DNA of 61,033 bases, counting the filler, from Dimorphilus gyrociliatus (lineage: Eukaryota; Animalia; Annelida): NCBI GenBank assembly GCA_904063045.1. It is 4 parts of 4 records of this genome, joined end to end, with 100 filler letters (N's around TTAATTAATTAA, not from the genome) between each part and the next. Parts side by side here need not be neighbours in the genome. Positions count along the whole stretch, not along the records: positions 1 to 16,060 come from CAJFCJ010000097.1; 3 more parts are not named here. One strand, written 5' to 3'. The notes under the pieces are model-generated. The model was not told where the DNA came from, did not search any database, and worked only from the letters and a program-made list of their open reading frames with translations. Positions 1 through 10,550 of this stretch are shown here, in pieces (the first letter of the stretch is position 1; each line of letters starts with the position of its first letter). The translations under genes were made by a program, and so were the position numbers.

Positions 1-2
1 AT

Positions 3-1337
3 TGCAATGGTCGTGGAATTTGTAAGAATGAAACAGAGTGCATCTGTGACAATGGATTCAAGGGAAGGAATTGTAGTGTACCAGAGTGTGATCCACCATG
101 CTCATCAAATGGTACATGTATTTCAGCTAATGAGTGCAAGTGTGACCTAGGATTTCAAGGAATGACTTGTTCTGAATTTTCATGTGAATCTTTAAACTTT
201 TGCTCAGGTCGTGGTAGCTGTATTTCATTTGATAATTGCTTATGTGATCCTTTATGGTTTGGATTAAAATGCTCAAAAACATCATGTAAAAATAAATCAG
301 ATTGCTCAGGAAATGGTGTATGTGTGTCACCCAATGTCTGCAAATGTAAAAATGGTTTTACAGGTGATGATTGTTCCCAAATAGCTCTCCCAAATGTAGA
401 GAAACCACAGTTTTTAAGTGATGATTATACAGTTTTTGTTGATGAACTCATTTCAGCCAATGAGTATCTTTTACAAATTCAAGCTAATGACACAGATATA
501 GGATCTAATAAAGGAATCATCTATAGTTTAGGCTACTCAAATATTTCAGTAGCAATTGATGAAATAACAGGAGTGTTACGATCTAATGGAGAATTTAAAC
601 CAGGAAGCTACAATGTAGAAGTACTAGCAATGGAGAATACACTATCAAAGTTGTCTTCTTCAGCTTATGTAACTATAAATGTCAATGATATAAATAAATG
701 TGCCATAATCAAACATCCAATTATAAATGATAAAATTCTCTTAAATTCAAGTGTACTTATTGGATCTATTGTGTCAAGGATAGAAGCAACTGACCTTGAT
801 ACTGGTTTAAAAGGAGAAATGATATACAAACTTGAGAAAACTCAAACAGGATCAAGTTTATTTGAAATTCCAGAAAATTCCTCAAAAATTGTAACATCAA
901 AGTATCCTCTTCCAGTTGGGCGATTTGAATATCACCTTATTGTATTAGATAAATCCGATGATCCTTGTTCAAGTACATCTACATTTGTTGTTTTCATTCA
1001 ACAAGGAGAAGAATTAGAAGTTACAACTGCAAAAACTGAAGATGAAACTTCTACTAAAATAATACAAAGTACATTGAAAAATGAGGAAAGTACTTTGAAG
1101 GAATTTAGTACAGAAGAAGATACAGAGTTTTCAACTACAGTATTTTCGACTGATCTTGCTACATCAGATACAGGAAGTATTGATACAACATCTAGTTTAC
1201 AAGGAATTGCCAATAAAAGTTCTGATATGGAAAATTTAATAATTATTGTTTCCAGTGTAAGTGTAGTGGTGTTTATTGCAGTATTTACATTTTTGTTCTT
1301 GTTCATTCGAGCCAAAAAGGGAAAAGGATATATATAG
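3..1337 (+). CDS. 5'-truncated single-pass membrane protein: tenascin-type EGF repeats + about 2 cadherin repeats + Ser/Thr stalk + TM + short basic tail
   Basis: Frame is open from nt 3 (CNGRGICKNETECICDNGFKGRNC...) into the listed ORF 162..1337. Repeated CxGxGxC..CxCxxGFxGxxC EGF units; cadherin motifs (KPQF, ANDTDIGSN, VNDIN, ATDLDTGLKG, VLDKSD); TM IIIVSSVSVVVFIAVFTFLFLFI followed by RAKKGKGYI*. Confidence 0.85.
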   Translation, partial: CNGRGICKNETECICDNGFKGRNCSVPECDPPCSSNGTCISANECKCDLGFQGMTCSEFSCESLNFCSGRGSCISFDNCLCDPLWFGLKCSKTSCKNKSDCSGNGVCVSPNVCKCKNGFTGDDCSQIALPNVEKPQFLSDDYTVFVDELISANEYLLQIQANDTDIGSNKGIIYSLGYSNISVAIDEITGVLRSNGEFKPGSYNVEVLAMENTLSKLSSSAYVTINVNDINKCAIIKHPIINDKILLNSSVLIGSIVSRIEATDLDTGLKGEMIYKLEKTQTGSSLFEIPENSSKIVTSKYPLPVGRFEYHLIVLDKSDDPCSSTSTFVVFIQQGEELEVTTAKTEDETSTKIIQSTLKNEESTLKEFSTEEDTEFSTTVFSTDLATSDTGSIDTTSSLQGIANKSSDMENLIIIVSSVSVVVFIAVFTFLFLFIRAKKGKGYI

Positions 1338-1841
1338 AATTTTTTCGCTGAAAATATAATAACTTCATCCAAATGACTCTCCAAATGATTCTGAGGATCA
1401 GCCGTCTCCAGACTTTCCATCATTATTAAAGTCGTTTTTAATGTTTTTAAAAGTTTTATATAGCATTACACTTCAATAAAAGTCGAGTCGATGTTTTCAA
1501 CAGGAAATAGTGGGCGTGTATTACAATGTGTGCGAGTCACAAACACAGTTCATTTACATATAGTCATTTTTTCTCATTACTCATGACTAATCAGAAATAA
1601 TCCATTGAAATTGTAACAAGGAGATTTTACAATTTTCTCTAATCATTTATGTTTATAGTAATTGATGAAATGGGTTATTGTTTGGCAGGGGCTATGAATT
1701 CATTCACTGCACTGTTTTCTTTCACATTTTATCACCTATAGAAATAAGCTTACATTATAACCATGCTATAGCAAAATATTTGTGGTTATAAGCGTCATAT
1801 GGCTACAAATTCTATACTTTTGTAAACAAGATTTTAAAATT

Positions 1842-1912
1842 TACTTTCCTGCTGTGGGGTTGTAGGTAAGTACTGGTCGAAATAGAACCGAATTAGGGGT
1901 AAGCCACTTGGA
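1842..1912. repeat. Dispersed ~70-bp repeat, copy 1 (copy 2 at 54937..55012)
   Basis: TACTTTCC(T/C)GC(T/C)GTGGG...GTAAGTACTG..AAATAGAA.C.AATTA...GTAAGCCACTTGGA is shared between contig 1 and contig 4. Confidence 0.7.
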
Positions 1913-2337
1913 AGACAGATGTAGAATTGAGGGAAGATAAATATAGAACTAAAACGTAAGAACATGTGGTGTGGGTGGGATAGCAAATTTCTATTGGCTA
2001 TGTCAGCATTTCCGGTGCACACATGAATCTTTAAATAAAAAAATGTGCTATTTTACTCTAAATGTCAAACAGGTAAGGCTTTCTTTAGATATATTTCCAC
2101 CTTTTATTTTAAACTTACCAGTTTTCTCTATTTCAGTGAAAATAACAATGATAATTTGGATAATTCAGTCAATAGAGAAATAGCTGTTTATCATGAGGTA
2201 AAAACTAGTCTTCAGTGTAAAGTTTGCTTTGAGAAAATGGCAAATATTTTATTATTACCATGTAATCACGTGGTTTCATGTAAACAATGTGTTTTAAGTT
2301 TACAGAAACCAAACTGTCCCCTATGTAGACAAAATAT

Positions 2338-3294
2338 GAATACGACAGAAGTCGCCCAGGGCAGAAGTCGCCCAGGACAGAAGTCGCCCAGACATTGATA
2401 GAAGTCGCCCAGAGCTGTGACAGAAGTCGCCCAGAAGTGTGATAGAAGTCACCCAGGACTATGACAGAAGTCGCCCAGAAGTGTACTAGAAGTTTACAGT
2501 ATGCTTAATAAAATGCAAAATATATGAAAATAATTTATGAAGTAGTTTGTATTTATTATTTGTAATCTCTGAGTGATAATGAAAGAAATTGTTTTACCAG
2601 TTTTTTTTGTAGAGTAATGTTTTACCACTTGATTTGTTGTGAAAATTGAATTGTTAGCTATTCGAATTAAGTGATTTTCTGCATTGTAATCCTTCAAAAG
2701 TAACAATTGTTTTGATAAAAATATTAGTCTCTTTAAAATCATGTATATATCTTACAATTTTTTTTTAATTCTCATGATCTTTGACATAAGAGGTATTTGA
2801 AAGAAATTGATGAACATGGCAAAATTCTGCTTTGAATGTAGAAACAAATTTAATAAATTAAATGAAATGCATAAGATTTTTAGTTTAAAACTCAATACTG
2901 TACTTTGTATTGTGATTGTGGGAATTTTCTGCTGTACTGATCCAAATAGAACCTCAAGTTTGTGCACAAGTTTAAGCAAATAAATGATATTTATGTGAAA
3001 CCTTCAACAGAATGCCAGTATTTTATTATTTAATTCATTCACTATTTAGTTATTATTAAATGATGCATTCTATATTTATTAATACTTATTATATATTTCA
3101 ATTGTCAGAAATCAATAGAAACAAAGAACAAACACATTATGTCTTCTACAGTTCTAGGCGACTTCTGTCATAGTCCTGGGCGACTTCTATCACAGTTCTG
3201 GGCGACTTCTGTCACAGCTCTGGGCGACTTCTATCAATTTCTGGGCGACTTCTGTCCTGGGCGACTTCTGCCCTGGGCGACTTCTGTTGTTCCC
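2338..3294. mobile_element. Non-autonomous MULE/foldback-like element, 957 bp, ~150-bp TIRs built of AGAAGTCGCCCAG sub-repeats, 9-bp TSD
   Basis: Left arm (2338..~2490) has tandem AGAAGTCGCCCAG units; right arm (~3150..3294) has the reverse-complement CTGGGCGACTTCT units. Identical flanking ACAAAATAT at 2329..2337 and 3295..3303. 9-bp TSDs and G-initiated long TIRs are typical of Mutator-like elements. Confidence 0.8.
2752..3000 (-). pseudogene. Fragment of the NLR-associated 'PTITIQ' family inside the MULE
   Basis: Minus-strand IPTITIQST and the AAATACTGG...GAGGTTCTATTTGGATCAGTAC block match fragments at ~23690, ~24460 and ~33570-33660. Confidence 0.45.
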
Positions 3295-4066
3295 ACAAAA
3301 TATTAGGGGCTATGTGGTAATAATGTCAGATTTGGATAATTTAAATTTAAATTTTGAAAAAGATTAATCAAAACAAAGGATAAAATCTTCAGACATCTGC
3401 TGTTCATCAATTTTTAGGAAGAGTTTATGAAATTTTTTAGACAAGTAGGTAATTTTAAAAATAACTGGCTGGCTTTCAAAGATAGAAGTGAATGGAAATA
3501 ATTAATGAAACTACATTTTCCAAAGAAGTTATTTTTTTAAAACTTTAAAAAAATATTGTTTTTCTTTGAGTGATTTTTTAAAATTATCCAATTATTTTGT
3601 TTCCTTCTCTGTCAAACAGAATGAGAAAATAACATTTGCAAATTATATTGTCATTAGTATTATCTAAAATTTAATTCATTAAAATATATACAGTCACAGA
3701 CAAAAATTTTTGTGTGATACCTTGTTTTAATAATATGTACTAAATTTATCATTTTAACCAATCAAAATAGCTTTGTTTTATATATGAAAAGATAAGAACT
3801 TCATTACAGTTTCATTATGAAGAAAAGAAATATTTTTTGATAAAAGAGAGAAGGATTCTGTATATGATAGATTCCAGTTCACAAATAAGCAGGAATTATT
3901 GGAGAGCATTGAAAAAACTGTCAAAATATTTAACAGAAAGAGAAGGGAGGAGATGAAAAAGGTGCATGAATCTCTAGCTGACTGTATAAATAATCGACAT
4001 ATAGATATATTCAGCAAGAAACTACAATATCAATAATTTCTTTCATGAAGAAATTCTGCTCATCTA

Positions 4067-5105
4067 TAAAGTGATCTTCATAAAAATTGGAACACTTCGA
4101 TTTTTGAATAGACCAACATATTAAAAATCTTTTTCACTAAGAAAAAAAGATTTTTTTTCACAATTCATCCTCAGATTCAAATTGTGGACCATCATATATC
4201 AGGTTTTTGGTGAGGTGCCATATATTTCAATTGGGCTGAGATCTGAGTTCTTTGCTGGCCAATCAAGAGGGTGGATACCATTCATCTGAAAGGCTGTTTT
4301 AGTTATTCTGGTAGTATGACACCCAGTGTTATGTTGCCGGAAGATGTACTTCCTCCCCATTTTTTCCTCAATCTCTTCAATAACAGGGAGAACATCTTCC
4401 ACAATAAAATGGCTATAATTTTCACCATTAAGTTTTTTTGTTATCCTTCACAGCTCAAAGATTTCATCTGATGCTATTAGCCCCTAGACCATTACTCCAC
4501 CTCTGCCCATATTTTGTCACCCTGAAGTCTTTTTGGTAACTTTGGTCCAAGTACAAAAATCATCAGGCCCACTCAGTCAGAATCTAGCCATCAGTGAATA
4601 TTACCTTAGACTAGTCTAGATTATCACTGATCATCTCAAGGCACAAATTTTTCTTCTCTTGCAATTGTTGCTTGTGAGATCAGGTCTTTGTCCAACTCGC
4701 TTATACATAACATTTTGTTTTTTCAGCTCCTCTGAATGGTTAACAGGCTAACATCTACATCTAGTTCTTTCAAAATTTTTCTTGCTGTCACCCTCTCTTT
4801 ATTTGTTTTCATTTTCTATATAGCTCTTTTCATCCTGCCTATATCTCTCTGTCAGCTTCTCTGGATGACCCCTATTCTCCTCTTCTGGCGGTTAATACCT
4901 TAGAATATTGCTAACATATTAGCATCTTTTTTGGGTGCCATTCCTAAAGCTCTTGCAGTGGCCCCATAGTTTTCCTATTTCATTGTATTTCTTGAATACA
5001 AGATCCCTAATGTCTTCACTCCAGGTCATATTTAAATAAATACAATAAAAATAAACTAGTATAATTAAAATTAACAGTTTCCTAATTTTTATGAAGTTTA
5101 CTATA
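4067..5105 (-). mobile_element. Decayed, internally deleted Tc1 element (same family as 55708..57386)
   Basis: Transposase remnants EDVLPVIEEIEEKMGRKYIFRQHNTGCH...WPAKNSDLSPIE (4199..4402) and MTWSEDIRDLVFKKYNEIGK (~5025). Left terminus TA|TAAAGTGATCTTCATAAAAATTGGAACAC at 4067; degenerate inverted copy at ~5070..5105. Confidence 0.85.
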
Positions 5106-5563
5106 TTCACTTTTTTAATAAATTGTTACCTTTTTCCAGTATGAGTGTTGTCTTCTCAATGGGACCAACAGCAGTCATCTTGAATAGAAGATAACCAGAA
5201 AAGAGCAGAAGTCAACAACTACCTAGAGCAGAAATTACCCAGAACTGTGATTGTAGTTGCTTAGGATAGAGACAGAGCTCACCTCTGTAGGTTCTCTATT
5301 ATTTTGTAATAACAGAATAACAGAAGTTGAACCAGTTGTTTATTGCTAAGGTTACAACCATACAATTTCAAAGCACATTTTTTAAATAGATAGTTTAACC
5401 AATTACAACAATTTTTGATTAGTTTACAAAATGTGAAGTTTATTCTGAGAAGGCATAGACAAAATAATTTTAAACCTTTGCAGATCGTCCTAAATTCTCC
5501 TCCAAATAAATTAATATGGTTAGAATTAACATTTTCTAGTAGAGTATTGTAATTTACTTGGCT

Positions 5564-6100
5564 TCAGAAGTCACCAAGCCAACAACTCTGCTGTTCACCT
5601 AGATGACATTGAGAAATATTTATATAGACAAGGGAATTTGAAGAGGATTTTAATCTATCATATATTTTCTCACATCCTCTCCCACACAAGTTGTTCTCAA
5701 TCAAATTAATTTCTTGTAATGATGAACAATTATGTAATAAATCGCCCAACTAGGAGTTTGAAGATGACTTCCTAGAGCAGCCAATATCTAATGCACAAAG
5801 TTGTGACCCTGGAGATCAATCTGTTATTCTAATTTAACCAAGATGAAAGGACTCATCAAACCAAAATTCTTTTAAGCTTTGCTGATTGTTGAAGTCCTTC
5901 ACAAATACTGAAAAATCCACTTCCCATCTTGTCATTTGAGCATATTATACCTAGACAAAATAGGACATTTTAAAGATTTCAATGATTGCTGAAGTACTTT
6001 ACAAATAGCAAATGAAGACGAAGGTTTAAGGTATTTAATACCTGAATTTTTCTATAAACTGCTCGAGTCCAATGGAATAAACATCCTCACAGATAAAAAC
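5564..6100 (-). pseudogene. RNI-like LRR family pseudogene (paralog of 59658..60770)
   Basis: LLHNCSSLQEINLIENNLCGRGCEKIYDRLKSSSNSLVYINISQCHLGEQQSCWLG, plus an upstream frameshifted repeat MGSGFFSICEGLQQSAK. Same repeat unit as the contig-4 LRR gene; contains stops and frameshifts. Confidence 0.7.
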
Positions 6101-6149
6101 TTTCCCAATTATTTAATACAGCTTTTCAAGCAGCTTTTTTGGCTTTGGC

Positions 6150-6640
6150 TCCTTAACAATTTTGGAAAGTTCCATCTAAATACCATACTTTTGATACTGT
6201 AAGTAAACTAACTTGTTTTCAAGTAGCAAAAATAATCACTCTTTTATTATTTTCAGGAACATTTTTTTTTCAAGAAAGCAATTATTTAATTAGAAATTTT
6301 TTCCAATTTATCATTTAGTTGCTATTTTCAACTATTACATTATTTCCAATATTTGAGAAGGGAAACTGAACATTCTCAGCAATTCATTCTAATATTTATG
6401 TCTCTCTTTCCTGTTTGTTTTGCGGTCACTTTCATTTTAAAAGTTTGTTTTAAAGTTTTTTTGGAGGGTGAATGTGATATTTAGACCCTAAAGATAAATT
6501 ATTACTTCTTTGAATGACTTTAGCAGGATATTTCATTTTCTTACTTTTAACTACATATTTCCAATTATAGAATTCTCGCCTTTTCTTTTGAAATAGACAT
6601 TCTGAATTTACCATTGCTGTCAAAATTCTCCTCAACTACA
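6150..6640 (-). mobile_element. MULE transposase remnant (FLYWCH-like N-terminus + first catalytic Asp region)
   Basis: Manual minus-strand translation gives KRVIIFAT*KQVSLLTVSKVWYLDGTF (DGTF at 6176..6165), matching the MULE RxxIFxTxxQLxLLxxSxxWYxDGTF motif. Upstream FYNWKYVVKSKKMKYPAKVIQ...HIHPP resembles a decayed FLYWCH domain. Confidence 0.65.
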
Positions 6641-6889
6641 ATTTCAAATGAATCTTCCATATTAATGTTATTTTTACTAAAATTTTTATGTATTTTATGT
6701 TTAAATTAAGTAACAATTTCCTCTTCACAATCAACATTTACTATTATACTTTTCACTGACAAATAATGTTTAAATTAAGGCCACATGGACAATAAGTGTT
6801 ATTACACAACAAGTCTGTATCATCAGCATCTGCTATTAAATAATATCTAACAATTTTGACATGCATATTTTAAATGTTCTTTGTTCCTT

Positions 6890-7240
6890 TCCCAATTCCA
6901 TAGTGGCTCCATCTATCTATTATGGACAAAGAATCTATTTCCTAGAAAATATGATTCTTTCTATAGTTTCTATCATTCTAATTTCTAGAAAATGAAAGTC
7001 TGCCCTTATATTTAGAGTCTAAATATCACAATTTCACTATCTATAATGGTCATTTAATTTGCTAGTAAATGTCCAACAAAGTGTCTATCCTCCATGTATA
7101 ATGCAGGTAACTCAAGCTAATTTATTATGAACATATATTATGGTAGACAATTGAAGTTGTAGATATTTCATAGTCTTTCCAGTATCTGACAAGTTTCAGA
7201 CTATTTATTAAAAAATTGCTCTTTTGTCAGATGTAAGCTA
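6890..7240 (-). pseudogene. Possible 2'-5'-oligoadenylate synthetase (OAS)-like C-terminal relic
   Basis: LKLVRYWKDY, then LEL / LHYTWR across a frameshift, then LSFSRN* and LSIIDR. Order and spacing resemble OAS LIRLVKHW...YALELLTVYAWE...IYWTxxY...PVILDP. Several stops; motif reading only. Confidence 0.3.
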
Positions 7241-7688
7241 GTCCCAAAAATGTAGAGTTACATACTCTTTCTTTAAGTTAGTTTTCTTTCACAATTTGAG
7301 ATTTTTAAAACCTACATAAATAGATAAGGTTCTAGGAAAAATTGTTGACAAGGCTTTTAAATGTCACCCCAACCTACTCTTGAATTTTTTATCATAATTG
7401 GCAATTGTTTGAAATATAAATATTACAAGTTTGCAATTTACAATTAAAGAAGAATGATTTGTTAATATATATTTTCTGTTTTGTGAATTGTCTTTGAAGA
7501 GGAGAAGATTGATTTTCTTAATATATAAAGTAACATAATTAAAACATCACCATTATTAATATTTCAGTCCAAATATCATATAGAAATTTCATGTACATTG
7601 AATGTAATATGAATGTTACTATGAAAACTGTAAGATAAGTAATTGTAAATTTTTTACATAGTATGGAGTAGTCAGTTGCAGTTGAAAC

Positions 7689-8937
7689 ATGCTGTTTAAT
7701 ATTTGTGTTTTGCTACTCTATTTTTCAGTAATACAAAGTGAAAAATGTAACAATGCAACACTTGGTTTCCCGCTCATGCAATTTAATGTTTTACAATTTG
7801 ATCTTCTTACTTTGATAACTGATTTTAATATTTCTTGTAATGGTTATCTGACATCTATAACATATCTGACAACTGGTGAAGATTATCCATTTCATTTGGG
7901 AGTTTGGGAAAAAATCTCTGGTAATAAATATATTAAAAAAGATTTTAGAACAATTACAAAAACTACATCAGTGGAACAAAGAACTGTGCAATTTGAAATT
8001 CCAATGGAAATTTCAACAACTGACTATTTGGCATTTGATTTTCTACAAAATACAAAACATGGTATTGTATCCTATGTAGGAAATTCCTCTGGAAATGTAC
8101 AATTTTACAAGGTGAATACCCGTTCTATCTACATCAATTTACAGAACAATTATTTTACATATACCATTCAGATTATAACATTTCCTCAACAATCTTTGAA
8201 TCTACCAGTTTTTATGCCTGTCACCTTTAATCCACAAATCTATAACAAATATTATGCCTTTAACCTACAATTTATCCCAAAGAATGTCTACAGTAATATA
8301 TAAAACATTCTCTTAATAATGTCCTCTTTCTAAATAGTTAATGCCTTCTTTTGTAGAGAAAAATCCAGTTTGTTCAAACCAACAAAATGTTTACGGACGG
8401 GATCTAATCAGTAGAAATGATGGTGGCGGAGACTTTTCAGTTCTTTTAACTGAACATAAATTTCTCTGTCGTGGAATTTTAAGAAAAATTGAATTTTACA
8501 GAAAGCAAACAGATAAAAGTTATATTGGAATTTGGCGAAGAATGTCAGATTTGGCAGGAATTAAATATAAATTAATTACTCTAATCACATTACCAGATGG
8601 TCCAATCAACTCTGTTCAAACATTGGAATTAAATGATACAGTGTCTGTAGAGGAAAATGACATTCCATTTGTGCTGAATCATTTAAGCAAAAGTAATGCC
8701 ATAGCAAATGCCAGAAATTCATATGGAGATGCTGCAGTAAGTGTAAAAAGTAACTTTTCTCCAAAAACTAATATACAGCAACCAAACTACTAACAAATCT
8801 CCCTCTTTTTTAGGCCATATCTATGAATATTCAAAAGGAAAATATTCAAATTGGACAAATTATTGATTTACAACTATGTCAACATGCTTGTGAAAAAGGT
8901 TTCAGAACTTACTCCATTAAGTTTTATGTTGATTCAA
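7689..8937 (+). CDS. Secreted protein with two tandem similar beta-rich domains (CxGxLxxIxY/F...GxW), multi-exon, family unassigned
   Basis: Signal peptide MLFNICVLLLYFSVIQS. Domain 1 FNISCNGYLTSITY...HLGVWEK; domain 2 HKFLCRGILRKIEFY...YIGIWRR. Short intron near 8290-8337 (donor uncertain); GCA|GTAAGT...TTTTAG|GCC intron to a third exon AISMNIQKEN...YVDS. 3' end unresolved. Confidence 0.6.
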
Positions 8938-9243
8938 GTAATATATATTATATTTTCTCAACTATTATAAAATATTCATCCATCATTCTGTAAAATGACA
9001 AATCAAATGATAGATGACAAAACCATTAAAAACAGCTGCATTCAGAAAACAAAACAGTCAGTACATAGGTAAACAAATTCAAACAATTCAAATGTTAAAA
9101 TTCTAAATTGTTGAACAAGTTTAGAGTATAATTTTCAATCGTGTGAATAAGTTCAATATATTTCATTGATAAAATTTCAGCCATTTTGAATATTTGGAAA
9201 GGAAATTTTTTTTGTTTGATAACTGAGAATTTTATTTTAAAGC

Positions 9244-9852
9244 TTATAGGAAAAAAAAACATATCATATAGATATCATAAAGATGTGGTAACAACCCAGG
9301 CTGCTCTTTTATAAGCTCATAAGAGCATTTTTTGATTTTTTTCCACAATTTGTCATCTGATTTGAATTGTGGACCATGGAAAGGTGTCACATGTTCTTGA
9401 TTGGGCTGAGGTTGGGGCTCTTTGCTGGCCAATCAAGAGGATTGATATCATTCATTTGAAAGGCTCTTTTAGTTGTCCTCCCTGTGTGGCACCCAGCATT
9501 ATCTTGCTGGAAGATGGATTTCCTCCCCATTTTTGCCTCAATCTCTTCAATAACAGGGAGGACATCTGCCACAATAAAACAGCTGTAATTTTCAGCATTA
9601 AGCCTTTTCCTTATCCACCAAATTTTGAAATAAAGAAAAAATTGATGAAAATGACCAACAATATTTTGCTTATAATATTCATAAATATTATCATTTTGTC
9701 AATTTTTTTTCAATATTACATAAATATAACCCGTTTTTTTATAGAAATTTAGACCAAAAAAATAATTTACAGCGAAAAAACAATTTCAACCATTAATTAA
9801 AAACTGGCCTATTAAAATTTACAGTGTCCATTTTTTTATGAAGGTTACTTTA
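9244..9852 (-). mobile_element. Partial Tc1 element (DDE fragment joined to the 5' terminus)
   Basis: DVLPVIEEIEAKMGRKSIFQQDNAGCH...WPAKSPNLSPIKN (9387..9572) and FKSDDKLWKKIKKCSYELI. Terminus GGCCTATTAAAATTTACAGTGTCC...TTATGAAGGTTACTTTA|TA ends at 9852. Confidence 0.85.
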
Positions 9853-10550
9853 TATAGCTCACTTGCAACTGTTTGAAATACTCTTTGTTCAGATACTGTC
9901 TCATCTTTCAATTTAATGTTGCTTTCTAAATAAATTTGATACTTTCTCTAAGAAATATTAGTGGAATAGGGAATATTGCATAAAAATCATCAATGGTGTT
10001 TATTACTAATTAGATTGTGATGTATAAAGTTCTGTTTTTCTGGGTAAACTAGATGAAAAAAGCTTTGATATGGAAAAATATGGTGTGATTGTTTGGCTTT
10101 TTCTAATCATTTTTATTGAATGCAGATGTGAAAAAGTGGATTTAACAAATGGAAATGTTACATTTAAAATTGATATCTATGAGGAAAGTGATGTACATTA
10201 TATGTCAAAGGTTTAGTTTTTATCACAATTTTATCCAGAAATGAAACATTACCAATTCAATATGGAAATATAATGCACCATTCGAGAAAGATATTAATTT
10301 GTTATGGCAGTGGATATAGTAGTTTTTATGCTATTCCATATCCTTGCCAACTAAAGAGATACAATTCTCCTTATGCTACTGTTGAAATTGATATACAATT
10401 GAAAATGTTGGAAAACAGTGGACTGACTGTCTTATCTTTCACTCTGTGCCCATTTTTTCTCACTAATCCGCCTAAATAATTGGCATAAGTTAATTTTAAG
10501 AAAAAAGGGTCACAGTATGGAAATATATGACTAAAAATCTATTAGATTTA

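Larger units (their letters stand above)
2062..3367 (+). pseudogene. Small IAP/Mind-bomb-type RING-HC E3 ligase gene disrupted by a MULE insertion
   Basis: ATG TCA AAC AG|GTAAGG, 64-nt intron 2073..2136, then CKVCFEKMANILLLPCNHVVSCKQCVLSLQKPNCPLCRQN. Removing the 2338..3294 element plus one TSD copy restores ...CPLCRQNIRGYVVIMSDLDNLNLNFEKD* (TAA at 3365..3367). Further upstream exons cannot be excluded. Confidence 0.7.

Noticed and set aside
998-1423. 141-aa minus-strand ORF
   Set aside because: Antisense shadow of the EGF/cadherin gene's low-complexity stalk and TM region.
2343-2490. GAAGTCGCCCAG array as a CRISPR array
   Set aside because: Repeats are ~13 bp with 0-10-bp near-repetitive spacers, are mirrored as an inverted array 660 bp away, have a TSD, and no cas genes are present; this is a eukaryotic transposon TIR.
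4271-9752. Plus-strand ORFs 4271..4471 and 9369..9752 (also 56147..56335, 56403..56678, 56772..57002) that resemble each other
   Set aside because: Their similarity comes from being antisense to copies of the same Tc1 transposase.
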